Below are positions 26,611-39,864 of a DNA stretch of 64,000 nucleotides, piece after piece (the first letter of the stretch is position 1; each line of letters opens with the position of its first letter). The notes below the pieces were generated by a model. The model was not told the DNA's origin and made no database searches. It saw only the letters and a program-made list of their open reading frames with translations. The DNA comes from Octopus sinensis (Eukaryota), in assembly GCF_006345805.1 (NCBI RefSeq), contig NC_042999.1, positions 40,672,001-40,736,000 on the forward strand. The letters are read 5' to 3'. Position numbers and translations under genes: made by a program.

Positions 26611-26857
26611 TATATATATATAGTATTAGATATATAGGTGTGTTTGTGCTTGTTCTCCACCATCGCTCAAAAACCGGTGCTGGTCTGTCTACATCCCAAT
26701 AACTTGGTGGCTCGGCAAAAGACACCTATAGAATAAGTACCAGGCTCGAAAATAAATACGTGCACTGGGGTGTCGATACATTCGAATAAAAAATCCTTGA
26801 AGGCGGTGACCCAGCATTACCGCAGTCTAATGGCTGACTAAAGTAAGAGATAAAAGA
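26238..26857 (+). mobile_element. SINE family A with expanded internal (TA)n
   Basis: Head at 26238-26400 and tail at 26635-26857. Confidence 0.88.
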
Positions 26858-27647
26858 TATTCCGGAGTGCGGTATATTGGGACGCATGCAGATTTAATCA
26901 AATTGATTCCTGAGCATGTTTCGAATATTTATTCCGTTGGCCGCTTCTATCGACCCACCTAGTTAGGAGGGCATGAATAAAGGAACACCAGTTGTCGAAA
27001 ATGGGTGCTCAAGCCCAAGTACGACACGCACGCATACACACACTCACACAGAAGGGGAAATGATTGGTCATTCGTGGCTTTCTTTCTTCAGTTAAGTTAC
27101 CAGATGTACTTACAGTTTCAAGTATAATTAGAGGATAATTTAACTTCTTAAAGGGATGATTACATCCACGATGTCTTGCAAACAACTTGCACATGCAAGT
27201 GCTACCAGTCAAAAGCTCCGTATACCGGAAACCAGAAAGTGTATGGGGTCATCAGGAGAGAATGCGCACCGTTTCGGGGCCGACCTCTCGACGGCATCAA
27301 TGCGCACCGGCCCCCCTCACAGATATGAGGCTCCGCTTGCTAGATCAGCTGGTTATCAAATTAGGCTCAATATCCTTCTAGCCATCACTCATCGTCTCTT
27401 TTTAACCAAATCTAGTGGCTAGCCTTCTCCACTGTAGATTGGATATCAGTCATGGTGGTATTGACTTTACGATGAGTTAGGCCTAGCGGTAACAACACTG
27501 GTTCTATACCTAATATGCTTGGGAAATAGAAGTTCCCCAAATCAATAGGTATATATTATGCATATAATCCGTATTCAATTAATAAAAGAATGGAAAATGA
27601 AGAGTTGAAAGTTAATAATTATTTATAACTGAATTGAAAATTCTTAC

Positions 27648-27743
27648 TTCCTACGGCTGTTTCTATTTGTGCTCATTAAATAAATGACAACTTTATGATT
27701 TAAATTTGCATTTATAAAATATGAACAAACTATCATGAGGGAA
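27648..27743 (-). ncRNA. Degenerate hammerhead motif (PLE end)
   Basis: ttcc-CTCATGA-ta..tgttcat...atgagca..ta-GAAA-cagcc-GTA-ggaa; carries G5C. Confidence 0.55.
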
Positions 27744-28380
27744 AAATATATATGCAGTGGGAAGGAATTTGAGTAACAGTAGCATAATTTATTTTAAAGG
27801 ATGGATGAATTAAGTTTAGCTTTAACCTCCCCATTCCAATAAACACCAAGTAGCTAGTTAATTTACTTTGTGAACGGCAGTGCACCAAACCACACGTATG
27901 CATATGCTTACATTTTCGTGGATGCTTGTATAAGCGAGTGTACACGCGCCATGCAGCTTGCGCGAGGCCGTTTATACATCCGTATTTCTTGACGGTCATT
28001 GTTAATGCTTTTCTCGCTGTGTTGCATGTTCGTCTCTTTTTTTTTTTTTTTTTTCATATCTATGACCTTATTTTTGATCTTCCATGTGAATGAAGATATT
28101 TCCTTAGTTTTGCTACTTTTCTTTTTACGAAATGAGAAGATACATTGCACGACTGTTATTTTAATGATTTGTGTCTATTTATCATCCGATGAGACACATC
28201 TGCACCGCCAGATGCTCCTGAATCAGTTGTTGAGTGTCCCACCGATGAGGGATCGATGCTAGATATGTCGAAACAACAGTCGTGATTTATAATAAATTCT
28301 CGTATATTCCATCTTCCGTCTTTCATTTACCATATAGATATATACTTATATATCATATATTATTATATTATATTATATAC

Positions 28381-28417
<37 letters not shown>

Positions 28418-28418
28418 C

Positions 28419-28452
<34 letters not shown>

Positions 28453-29154
28453 ATATACACACACGTATATAATCAGCTCGACTTCAAACTGATATACCGA
28501 AACATAGATTGTTAAATACATGGGAATCCTTATTTACATGATATCGTCTACACATAATCACAATCTATATGTACCCCAACACACATACACACACACTGTA
28601 TATAGATACTTAATTATATACGTGGATATACGTATATACGTTTGTGTGTGCTTGTGTGTGTGCGCTTGTGCATGTGTCTGTGGAAGAGTGTGTACGTATG
28701 CATGTATATAGTTCATCTCTCACACTCAATACCTCCATTACTCATCGAATTCTCTCCGTTACTTATGCATACAAATGCAATTACAAATGCTGGCAAGTGT
28801 GAAATGAAGTTCAGATTACAGGCCACCGTCCCCAGCTTGGCAATCAATGCAGATCGATCCACCGAATAGCCGCTTAATTCCATAGCAGTGTCGGCTTAAG
28901 TTTTAATAATAATTACGCAATAATTGTGTTTAATCGATAGACCTAAAACCAGGTTTCTTGTCTCTGAACCAACTAGAAATCCACTTACTTTTCGATAATA
29001 TGTTGTGAGTGATTTAATTTTCTTCTTTTTTATAATTATTAGTTGCTCCTTCATTCTTCTAAATTAGTTTTGAAACTATTTAAGATATATGCAGAGGTGT
29101 ATGTTTGTGCATAGGTATATTTCCTGAATAAGTACTTCAGAGTGCGTAGCTGTG

Positions 29155-29198
<44 letters not shown>

Positions 29199-29430
29199 TC
29201 TGCGTGTGTATTAATTCAAAACTCTCGATGTCTAGCTTCCTCACACATTTACTATACAGAGAGCGTATAAGCTAGTAACGCAAATCATTCAATGCGTTCT
29301 TCTGTTTTTAGCACCACGTTCCCAAATTACCTTCATATTGAGTTTATATATATACATACATACACATATGTATATATGCATATATATATATATATACATA
29401 TATGTATATACATATATGTATATATATATA

Positions 29431-29639
29431 ACGGGAAGCTTTATGAAAATAAACAAAAGACGAAGGCAGGTGGAATACAAGCAAACAATTGTATTAGTAT
29501 GGCGCTCAGGAATATAAATAAAACAAGTCTTTTACGTTTCGAGCCTACGCTCTTCAACAGAAAGATACACAGAAAAGAAACACGGAAAGAAACAAGGAGA
29601 GAAAAAAATGCGTGCAGAAACTAGTGAATCAACATGGCG

Positions 29640-29640
<1 letters not shown>
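29431..29640 (-). mobile_element. PLE-like terminal fragment in (TA)n carrying a variant hammerhead (29529-29564)
   Basis: Minus strand reads cttt-CTGTTGA-a-gagc gtag gctc-GAAA-cg-TA-aaag; a related stub lies at ~33112-33160. Confidence 0.65.
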
Positions 29641-29672
<32 letters not shown>

Positions 29673-29678
29673 TGTGTG

Positions 29679-29709
<31 letters not shown>

Positions 29710-31397
29710 AAGTATATATATATTTGTGTGTAGGTAGAAACTTAATATGAAGGTAATTTGGGAACGTATTTAACAAAAAGATAACAAACGGAAAATTTGA
29801 CAAAACATGGTACGCAGAAAATTCGTCCACGAGATCATAGCGGTGTCATGCTTTGAACATTGATACCACTCCGTCTTGGCAGCGCCAGAGCAGAAATCTA
29901 CTGGATATAGCCAACGAACGTATATGACACAATCACAGATTTAAGACACATGCAGACATGCACGCCTATATAAATATTATCTATAGGTCTATCTATCAAT
30001 CTAGAGATAGATAGGCAGACTGGTTGCTAATTTATATTTATGTATGAATGTGTTTGTGTGTTTATGTATACATATATGTGTGTGTGTATATATGTGTGTG
30101 TGTATACACATATATGTGTATGTGTATACGTATGCATACAATGACCCATGTATAAAATATTAGTTACGTACGGGAATATCAAGTTCCGTACAACATGAAT
30201 TGTGACACAGCTTCGAGAGTCGAAGGTTAATTTGATGCATGTATATGGATAGGAGCTGCATTGAATGTATGTAAGTGTATGTATATTGCAGGCATATATA
30301 TAGTGTGGGCATATATATATATATAGTGTGGGCACGTAAATTGTAATTGTAAAGAGTATTTATAAACACTGACTTCTAAGTGTATTTATGAAGATTATTG
30401 AACAAATCGATGAAAATTCGGCGTAAAATCATCTCCCATATATGTATACTTTACCTATAAATACTACACTACTAAATATTGTACGCTATAGGGAAGCACT
30501 TTTGTCTTGCGTTACTTTATTGAGTATTTCGAGACGTCAAGTTTATAGAAATAATGTAAGTAAAATATGACCGAACTTGGATCCTGTATGCAAGAAACGA
30601 GAAACTAGGATGTTATTAAGACATAAATATTTCATTCAATTCACTCGAACAAATTCTTCCCTAAAGTCATTATGTAACAAAGCCACGAATAATGGAATTT
30701 AAATAAGAACTGCCGAAGACACTTCATCAATCGACATTACCCTACATCGGCCATGCGATACACAACTACAATGCTTGCTGCACATTTTTTTTTTTTAATT
30801 TAGCACTCAAGAACGCTCAGGCAAGTAGGGCGTCTTAGCAAATATATAAATCATGTATAAACAGAAGAAAATTATCTTTACATTAATCAAAAGTAAAAAT
30901 AAAAAGGTGACAACATTTGTTAGACGTACATTGTTTCGAGAATATATTTTAGTGCGATACCATTGAGATACCTGTGGGCTATCGCGTAAATGAAAGCAAC
31001 CAATAATGAAACACTGATAAGATAATCGAACTTTTTCTATAATTCACAAAAAGATAGATATAGCGATATGCAGTATGTTCATTATTGAAATAAATCGATG
31101 GTGACCAATTATGTTTCTATCCTTGAAATATCATATACTTGAGAAGCAAGACGTGCTTATGGCTGTGTAGTAAAAGACGTTTTCTTCGTAACTGCGATGT
31201 TCTAGTTATATATTTCATAGTCTCAGGTTGACTATAGCCTTACGAACAAACCTAGCTGACTCCTCATGCAGACACACACATAAACCCCCACACACATAAA
31301 CCCCCACACACATAAACCCCCACACACATACACACATATATACACACATGTATATGCATACATACACAAGTACATACGCATACTTATATACATATAT

Positions 31398-31578
31398 ATT
31401 TCTTTACTACCCACAAGGGGCTAAACACAGAGGGGACAAACAAGGACAGACAAACGGATTAAGTCGATTACATCGATCCCAGTGCGTAACTTGTACTTAA
31501 TTTATCGACCCCGAAAGGACGAAAGGCAAAGTCGACCTCGGCGGAATTTGAACTCAGAACGTAGCCAGCTCGCCGCCT
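31398..31578 (-). mobile_element. SINE family B with internal deletion
   Basis: Matches the family B consensus. Confidence 0.9.
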
Positions 31579-32118
31579 TGTATACATATATATACTTATA
31601 TACATATATATAGTGATTGTGGGTTGATATGTCAAAAAAAAAAGAAGAAAAATGTGTTCGCTCATCCATTGAGTTAAATAGATAAATATATTAGGGATTC
31701 ATAAATGTATTACGATACCTGGAAAGAAGGTCAACACTTAGAAGTTTCTAGTCCAAACAAGGGTTAAAATCCTTTCTCACACCATGAAAGCATGCGCGCA
31801 GGAAATTTACTGCTGGGAAAATTATAGCGATTTTCTTTTGTATTCAGAAACGAATGGGTGTTAGAACAAACAGGTGAAAGACGAACGTTGTAAAAAAAAA
31901 AAAGGAAGGAACCTACAAAAGCCCATCCGTTATGGCAATATTCGAAGAAACAGAGGTCTGAAAAACTCCTGATATAAAACGAAGTTAGCTAAAACCTCCA
32001 TCTATGGGCTCCTGCCTCGACAGTGATGTCCAGTTATAACGGCAGTGTTGTTTCTCTGAATCCACTAGTGGCGCGGTGAGGGGTGACACGGTGCATGGAC
32101 AACAAACTGTATCCTTAA

Positions 32119-32451
32119 GTGAAGGCGCATGGCTTAGTGGTTAGGGCATTCGGCAGACGATTGTAAGGTCGTGAGTTCGATTCCCGGCGATGCATTGTGT
32201 CCTTAAGCAAGACACTTTATTTCACGTTGCTCCAGTCCACTCAGCTGGCAAAAATGAGTTGTACCTGTATTTCAAAGGGCCGGCCTTGTCACACTCTGTG
32301 TCACGCTGAATCTCCCTGAGAACTACGTTAAGGGTACTCGTGTCTGTGGATTGCTCAGTCACTTGCACATTAATTCCACGAGCAAGCTGTTCCGCTGATC
32401 GTATCAGCTGGGACCCTCGTCGTCGTAACCGACGGAGTGCTCCTTTGATTT
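32119..32451 (+). mobile_element. SINE family C with 13-bp TSD
   Basis: aactgtatcctta at 32105-32117 and 32452-32464. Confidence 0.93.
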
Positions 32452-33507
32452 AACTGTATCCTTATCCCATACTGCTCAGGTTTATAACCTAAACTTCCTA
32501 TACTGTAGAAATTGAACTGGCAGCCACTGACGACGCCGCCCCTGTACAGCAGACTTATAGGTCCTTCATTCATAACTAACGGAGGCCAAACAATGAAGTA
32601 ACTTAGTATAAGTGAAGTTGGATGTCAGGGTAAAAGTTGTTGCAGTTGCTTTGGTCAGATATATTTGAATTAGTGGGAATTATCTGTAAGTGGATATTAC
32701 AGCATTTTACTATTTGCAGAATAGTCTCTCTATTGTTTTTGTTGTTGTTTTTTTTTTCTAGTTATTGTGAATACGAACACTCGATAGTTGTCTATTTTCC
32801 TATGAGATACTATTTAATTCTCGTTTGCTTAGTTTATATTGAATTTTCTTTCAAAGTACGTACTGGTCTTTTGCTTCTATGGTTGTACATAGTTTCTATG
32901 AGGTTAACTGCTTTTCATCTGAAATCGTATTTTAGTTGTGATGCTATTGTTACCTCGTGTGTTACCTGCACTATTTAAAAACCGGGCATTTTGAATGCAT
33001 TGAAGTCTGCTAAGTGAAAGGTCTCTGAAAGACTTTCACATTTTGTGCGTAGAAATTGTTGATAATGCTATTATTATATATACCCTCACACGCTTATACA
33101 TACAGATATATATAGGGAGAATTCACAAAAAAAAGACAAAAGACGAAGACAGGTGGTGCATTTGTATGTGTATGTGTGTGCGTATTATTTATTACATCAT
33201 GTAGTTGGCTTTTCTTTCAGAGACCTGCTTTCTGGCACTTGGTCTTCTCTTAAATTATGAATATCATTTGATGAATCATCGTACAAGATATATGGCTATA
33301 TGCATGCTTTAAGATTTCCTCTCATGTCATTGGGTCTTCTAACCAGATAATCCGTGTATTGTATCTGGATTATAAAACGTATCCTGAATTATTGGTAGGT
33401 AAAATGCTGTGTTATGAATAAAATTATTTTTCGTGAACGCATTTTACAATCTTAGTATTTGTAACTATTGTTATAGTTTAGATATTTAAGTTATGTTTAA
33501 AATGTTG

Positions 33508-33922
33508 AGTGGCTGTGTGGTAAGTAGCTTGCTTCCCAACCACATGGTTCCGGGTTCAGTCTCACTGCGTGGTACCTTGGGCAAGTGTCTTTTGCTATAG
33601 CCTCGGGCCAACCAAAGCCTTGTGAGTGGATTCGGTAGACGGAAACTGAAAGAAGCCCGTCGTATATATGAACATATATATAAGTATGCGTGTGTGAATA
33701 TGTTTGTGTGTCTGTGTTTGTCCCCACAACATCGTTTGACAAACGATGCCGGTGCGTTTGCGTCCCCGTAACTTAGCGGTTTGGCCGAAGTGACCTATAA
33801 AATAGGTGCTAGGTTTACAAAAAGTAAGTCCTGTTCTGGGGTCGATTTGCTCGACTAAAGGCGGTGCTCCAGCATGGCCACAGTCAAATGACTGAAACAA
33901 TCAAAAGAGTAAAAAGTAAAGA
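33508..33922 (+). mobile_element. SINE family A
   Basis: Consensus match. Confidence 0.92.
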
Positions 33923-34277
33923 GGTGTATTTAAGATATCTAAAATATTTTCTGTTATCCTATGATGCTGAGAACGGTAAGACAACACAAAAGTGTTCTTC
34001 GTTGCGGTTCGCTCTGGCTTTATTGTTTCTATGATTATTTCGCTTTGATTATTTGTTTGATTAGATTTAGCTTTGAAACATGCAAGTCTTTACAGCATAT
34101 GTTTATTTGTTCGATAATTTGGCAATTATAAGCAGATGTGTGCAAATACTGAACTGAATTTTCATCGGCTGCAATGTTCTTCGTGCTTTCGCCTTTCACG
34201 AAAGCAGAAAGACAAAGATGACGTGAAAGTAAGGAGTTTATACAAGGTCGAACCCAACATTGCAAATTTGTGTGTGT

Positions 34278-35122
34278 GTGAGTCAAAAAGTAATGCCATT
34301 TTCTTTATTTTATGTGAAGTTTTTGATAAAAATAACTGAAAATTTTCCCAGTTATAAAAGATTATATCATTTTCGCTCTGAAATATTTTGTTTCTTACTT
34401 TTCAGGTTTTTAGACTGCTAAGGAAAATTCAAAATGGCTGCCCACATAGAGTTACGTCAAAAAGAAAGGGCATTGATTGAATTTCTTGTTGCTGAGGTGG
34501 AAACCCCTGTGAAAATACACCGACGATTAAAAAATGTCTTTGAGGACAATACTTTAGTTTATAGCAAAAGATGAAAAGGTGGGAACTGTGAGTGTAGTCG
34601 ATAAATACCGTTCTGCCGTCTATCCGCTTCTGTGAATCCTGCCAATATGGCTAAAGCAGATGCTCTGATCAGAGAAGACAGGCGCATAACACTTGATGAG
34701 TTGGCAGAAAAACTTGAAGTGAGCCATGGAAGTGCATACAACATTGTCGAATCACTTGGCTTTTCAAAAGTGTGTGCCCGTTGGGTACCGAGAGAGCTGA
34801 CTACCGAACGCAAGACTGACAGGGTCAATGCCTGCACTAAACTTCTCGAAGAAAGTCAAAGAGACATTATTCCAGTGACGACGAAGTGAAAACTCTAGTG
34901 AAGAAATAGCTCAAAGAACAGTCAGCAGAATTTTACGGAGCAAGGATACATGGTCTCATTCAAAGGTAGAGCATTGCTATTGACAGAAATGGTGACTATG
35001 CTAAGAAGTAGGGATGTATTCCACAGAGGACCAGCTTCGTTTTGATGTATGGTACATGTTCCTGTGAGGGTAATTATAACTGTCCCTAAACAAAATGGCA
35101 TTAACTTTTTGACTCACCCTCG
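34278..35122 (+). mobile_element. Internally deleted mariner element
   Basis: TIRs gtgagtcaaaaagtaatgccatttt / aaaatggcattaactttttgactcaccctcg|TA; encodes MAAHIELRQKERALIEFL...RRITLDELAEKL...KVCARWVPREL, and IDRNGDY near the 3' end. Confidence 0.9.
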
Positions 35123-35156
<34 letters not shown>

Positions 35157-35315
35157 TATATAATATATATATATATCTATATACACAAGATATATATATA
35201 TTATATATATATATATATATCTATATATAATATATATATACACACATATATTATATAATATTAATATATTATATATACACATATATATAAACCACACAAA
35301 ACACACAACACACCC

Positions 35316-35374
<59 letters not shown>

Positions 35375-35488
35375 AAGGCAGAAATATTAGAAACAGAAAT
35401 CCCCATAAAATTCAACAAATCAGAATACAAATCCAACCATGTCATAGAATATATTTTAAAATACTTACTATTCGTTTTCAAAGTTTTC

Positions 35489-35566
35489 GACTACACGTGT
35501 TTCATGAGGTCGTATACTATGTCTCTAACAGAACCTCTCCTTATATACAACCCCAATCTTCAGGTC
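35489..35566 (-). ncRNA. Type-I hammerhead motif in a PLE-like end (element ~35373-35600)
   Basis: gac-CTGAAGA-t tggggttgtata...tatacgacctca t-GAAA-cacgtg-TA-gtc; 12-bp stem II and palindromic stem III; abuts (TA)n. Confidence 0.78.
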
Positions 35567-35957
35567 CGCCGATCCCCCGTTTATAACTTTATCTATCATT
35601 ATATATTCCAACTTAAAAGTATATCAAACTAAACAGATGTATAAATAATTTCTAGTATGTCAAAACATAGAGATGTGTAAATAAATTCATTGAACCCTGC
35701 AGTTTAAGCCACTTTAGAACGTCGGACAAAATGATTCGCGGCTTTCTTCCGACCTTACATTCTGAGGTCAAATACCACTTGGATCCGCTTGGCCTTACGT
35801 AGTGTTGGGTTGGATAAAATAATTAGCAGTTGAATACTAGATGCGTTGATTAATCAAAGAATCAGCTTTTTCTCTGCCCATAGCACAAAATGAATGAATT
35901 GATTATTGACGATGACGTACAAGTAGAAGAATTACATACGTAATTATATATAATCTG

Positions 35958-36105
35958 AAATGTTTCAGTCGTTTCGCTGTGGCCATGGTGGAGCATCGCC
36001 GACCCCAGGACTTATTCTTTGTAAGCCTAATACTTATTCTATCTGTTTCTTTTGCCAAACCTCTAGGTGACGGAGACGCAAACACACTAACATCGGTTGT
36101 CAAAC
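35958..36105 (-). mobile_element. SINE family A 3' half
   Basis: Consensus match. Confidence 0.8.
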
Positions 36106-36680
36106 AGCTTAGCTTAGCTCAGCTCAAGACACACACACCATTTTTATGCACGTGTGTGTGTGCCTATATAGACGTGTGCGGGTATGCGCGTATATAGACG
36201 TGTGTGTGCATCCATATGGGTATGTGCGTATATAGACGTGTTTTATTCTTATTGCTTATGTTGTTTTATACTTCTTTACACATTTTTCTGTATTTTGCCT
36301 TTAGCTCTGTTTTTTCTTGTGCCTGTGCATATATAGACGTGTGTATGAAGCATTTTGTGCGCGTGTGTGTGAGCGAGCGTGTATGCGGGTATATATATAT
36401 ATATTTTTCGGCGAATGTGTGGGTAAGCATGTGTGTGTTTGAAGTGAGGGTAGATGAGTATATATTTATAGGCGCATGTACGTGGGTGTGCGGGCGCTCA
36501 TGTGTAGGTATGGGCATGCGCGCTTACGCAAATACTATGAACAATTTTATTCCCTTACCTTTTTACTCCCTCCCCTCATTTAGTGGTCATTCTAATGGCT
36601 CCTTTTTCTTAATAACGGTCAATCACACAGTAATTTCCCTTTGCTTAACAGTCATTTTCATAGCATTTTTTCGTTGGCCG

Positions 36681-36741
36681 GATAACTGGAGAGATGGCGA
36701 CGTGGGTTTCCACCCCAACATCCGAAACTCGGAGTATTATT
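36681..36741 (+). ncRNA. Hammerhead-like motif with CUGGAGA core
   Basis: gataa-CTGGAGA-gatg...catc c-GAAA-ctcgga-GTA-ttatt. Confidence 0.5.
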
Positions 36742-36962
36742 GTTTATATACATTTTCGTATCGACCAAAGCCTTTGGAGAGAAATTCTGGTTGGGAGGAC
36801 CAATATGGATGATCATTGACTGTACATATGTATAACATATTGGTACAGAACATGTGTATAAGATCTTGAGCGTACTCCGGTTATAGTAACTGCGAAAAGT
36901 TTCGAGCGCTTGCACTAGAAACTCGTGTTTCCGTTTCTGTGAAGTGCAATTCCTCAATTATA

Positions 36963-37355
36963 AACGCAGGTATGGTTTTGCGGTAAGAAGATTGCTTGCC
37001 AGCCACTTGGTTTGGGGTTCAGTCCGACTGCGTGGCACCTTGAGCAAGCGTCTTCTATTACAGCTTCAAGCCAACCAAATCCTTGTGAACGGTAGACGGA
37101 AACTGAGCGAAGCCTGTCATGTGTGTGTGCATGTGTGTGAGTGTCCTTGCATCAGTATTTTTTCTCCCATCACGGCTTGACAACCGGTGGTACGTCCCCC
37201 GTAACTTAACGGTTCGGCAAAAGACCTGATAGAATAAGTCCTAAGATTTTAAAAAAAAGAACTGGGGAGTCGATCCATTAGACCAAAATTCTTCAAGTCG
37301 GTGCCCCAGCATGGCCGCAGTCTTATGACTGAAACGAGAAGTAAAAGATAAAAGA
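36963..37355 (+). mobile_element. SINE family A
   Basis: Consensus match, diverged. Confidence 0.85.
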
Positions 37356-38315
37356 AACAAAATAAACGATAATCTCTACTGTCTGCCTGTATCCAATAAT
37401 CACATTAATTTAACCTGTATCATAAATATCTACTGCTGTTGTTACATTTATACGAAGATAATTGCATCTGTTGACCTCTAGATACCAGTGGTAATCTCAT
37501 AAGAGTTTCAGCCTGTAGATAGATCGTCCAACACCATTTCATTGATCGACCGTGAAAAATTTAATATTCTCTTTCAAAATTCCTTATACTTAGTAAACAA
37601 TGTTTTACTTTCATGCAATAGCTTCCGTGTCGTTTTGGCAACTGTTATATTTACGGTAACGTTCGCGTGACAGTTATATTTACATACACTACCCAGCAAA
37701 AATTATCGATAAATATATTAAATTGTATATGTATAGACAAGCATGTATAGGCGTATGTTTTGGCGAAATACAATATTATAATATCGCATGGTATCCAACT
37801 TTGTTATCCAATATATGAGAAAAGAGTACCATGTCGTGACTTCATTGCAAAATTGGCAAAGGAGAAATATGTGTCCATTTATTTATTTTTTACCTTTTTA
37901 TAGATTTTTTTCTTATTTCTGTAATTTATATTCATCTTACATAACAATGTTATTCACCTCTCGGTTTTACTTTCTTCTCCTTTATCATATTTAAAACTGT
38001 TGTATCGTAACGAATGTTTATCCTCCTTGCGCAAATATTTACATATGATACACATGTGTATATACACGCGTAAATATGTACATATAAATTGATATGTAAA
38101 TTGATATATACATATATATACATATACATATTTACATATACGTGAATATGTATAATATATAATCTATTGGTATAAATACATACGTATATACATACATACT
38201 TATATGATGTATGTTAAATGTATGTATACATATGTATATAATATTATATATATGTATGTATATATATATATATATATAATATATATATATATGTATGTAT
38301 GTATGTATATTATTA

Positions 38316-38380
<65 letters not shown>

Positions 38381-38576
38381 CATATATATAGATTCGGTGA
38401 TGTTTATATGTATATAAGTATATATATGTATGTATAATATTTAGCATAGTTATTATTTTAAAAAGTTTAGTTCAGACCCTTGTAAATGGAAGAATAATAT
38501 AATGTGACTGCTACTCAATGTGTTGAGTGCCTTTTTCTTTCGTTTGCTCACGGACTTGATGCATGTGTGTTATATA

Positions 38577-38642
<66 letters not shown>

Positions 38643-38882
38643 ACATATATATATATACATATATATATATTTGTTGAAATGGAAAGATGAATTATCTTGT
38701 TACGGATATTCAAAAATTTAACCGATACCTGGGTAGCAAAAATCACAGCAGAAAAAACACGGTTGGAGATATGACCATATGAGGTTGCAACCGTGCGTTG
38801 GGCGCGGATAATTGAAGTTTAATATAATTAGTGAATGGAAGAAATGGAGTTGAACGAAGATTGTACAGAATTCCTTTATACA

Positions 38883-38962
38883 TTCTACACATGTTTCAAA
38901 GGCCACAATTTTCCAAATTCTGATTAAATAAGGATACCATATTGCAGCTTTCTCTTCAGGAA
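38883..38962 (-). ncRNA. Type-I hammerhead ribozyme, canonical core
   Basis: ttc-CTGAAGA-g aaagctgcaat...attgtggccttt-GAAA-catgt-GTA-gaa. Confidence 0.8.
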
Positions 38963-39100
38963 AAACCAGGAATTACGTGTCAGAACAAAACAAAACAAAG
39001 GCGCAGCAGAGCAATTCGAACGAGGACGCTCCTTAAGAGCCATGGGTACCATGGCTCGCGCCTTTGTTTTGTTTTGTTCTGACAACGTAATTCCTGGTTT

Positions 39101-39179
39101 TTCCTGAAGAGAAAGCTGCAATATGGTATCCTTATTAATCAGAATTTGGAAAATTGTGTCCTTTGAAACATGTGTAGAA
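39101..39179 (+). ncRNA. Type-I hammerhead ribozyme, canonical core
   Basis: CTGAAGA at 39104-39110, GAAA at 39165-39168, GTA at 39174-39176; stem I is ttc/gaa. Confidence 0.8.
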
Positions 39180-39238
39180 TGTAATAAAAGGAATTCTAGT
39201 ACAATCTTCGTTCAACTCCATTTCTTCCATTCACTAAT

Positions 39239-39294
<56 letters not shown>

Positions 39295-39311
39295 GTATTA
39301 CATACATATAT

Positions 39312-39351
<40 letters not shown>

Positions 39352-39379
39352 CTTATATATATATATATATATATATATA

Positions 39380-39554
39380 GCAATAATAATTCTCTAAATG
39401 AGATATAGACAGTAACTGCTCCATAACATAAGGGACTAAAGCCATCTGAATATGGCTAGGGACAGGGCAGGGTGGTGGGGGTGTTGCAACAGTACCCCCC
39501 CCCACCCTGCCCTGTCCCTAGCCATATTCAGATGGCTTTAGTCCCTTATGTTAT
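39380..39554. mobile_element. Fold-back element in (TA)n with ~60-bp arms and a ~43-nt extension
   Basis: Arms at 39423-39482 / 39494-39554; homologous to the reverse complement of 58600-58688. Confidence 0.75.
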
Positions 39555-39585
<31 letters not shown>

Positions 39586-39654
39586 TATGTAGATATATGT
39601 ATATATATATTATATATTATATATATATATATATTATATACACACAACATGCAT

Positions 39655-39825
39655 TTCTTGTACTTGCTTCAGTAATCTCATAGCAGTCATGCTGGTGCAC
39701 CAGCTAGAATGGATTTAGTTAAACAAATCGACACCGGGACTTATTTTTTAAAGCCTGATACTTATTTATCAGGTGTGTTTTGTCGGACTGCTAAGTTACG
39801 GGGACGTAAATACACATACACTCCC

Positions 39826-39864
<39 letters not shown>

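Larger units (their letters stand above)
38671..39245. mobile_element. Fold-back PLE-like element in (TA)n with two hammerheads
   Basis: Inverted arms of ~185 bp (38821-39004 / 39058-39245); the left side is extended to 38671. Confidence 0.8.

Noticed and set aside
27160-27550. GC-richer island with short ORFs
   Set aside because: No recognisable motif; probably an unclassified TE fragment.
28236-28296. CCGATGA...GAAAcaacaGTC followed by AATAAA
   Set aside because: Possibly a decayed PLE hammerhead, but the core and all three stems are imperfect.
31275-31325. Telomere-like repeat (cacacataaacccc x3)
   Set aside because: It is not TTAGGG; it is a local minisatellite derived from a CA tract.
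38570-39650. Phase shifts (TT/AA) inside long (TA)n arrays as a signal
   Set aside because: They cannot be distinguished from slippage or long-read consensus error.
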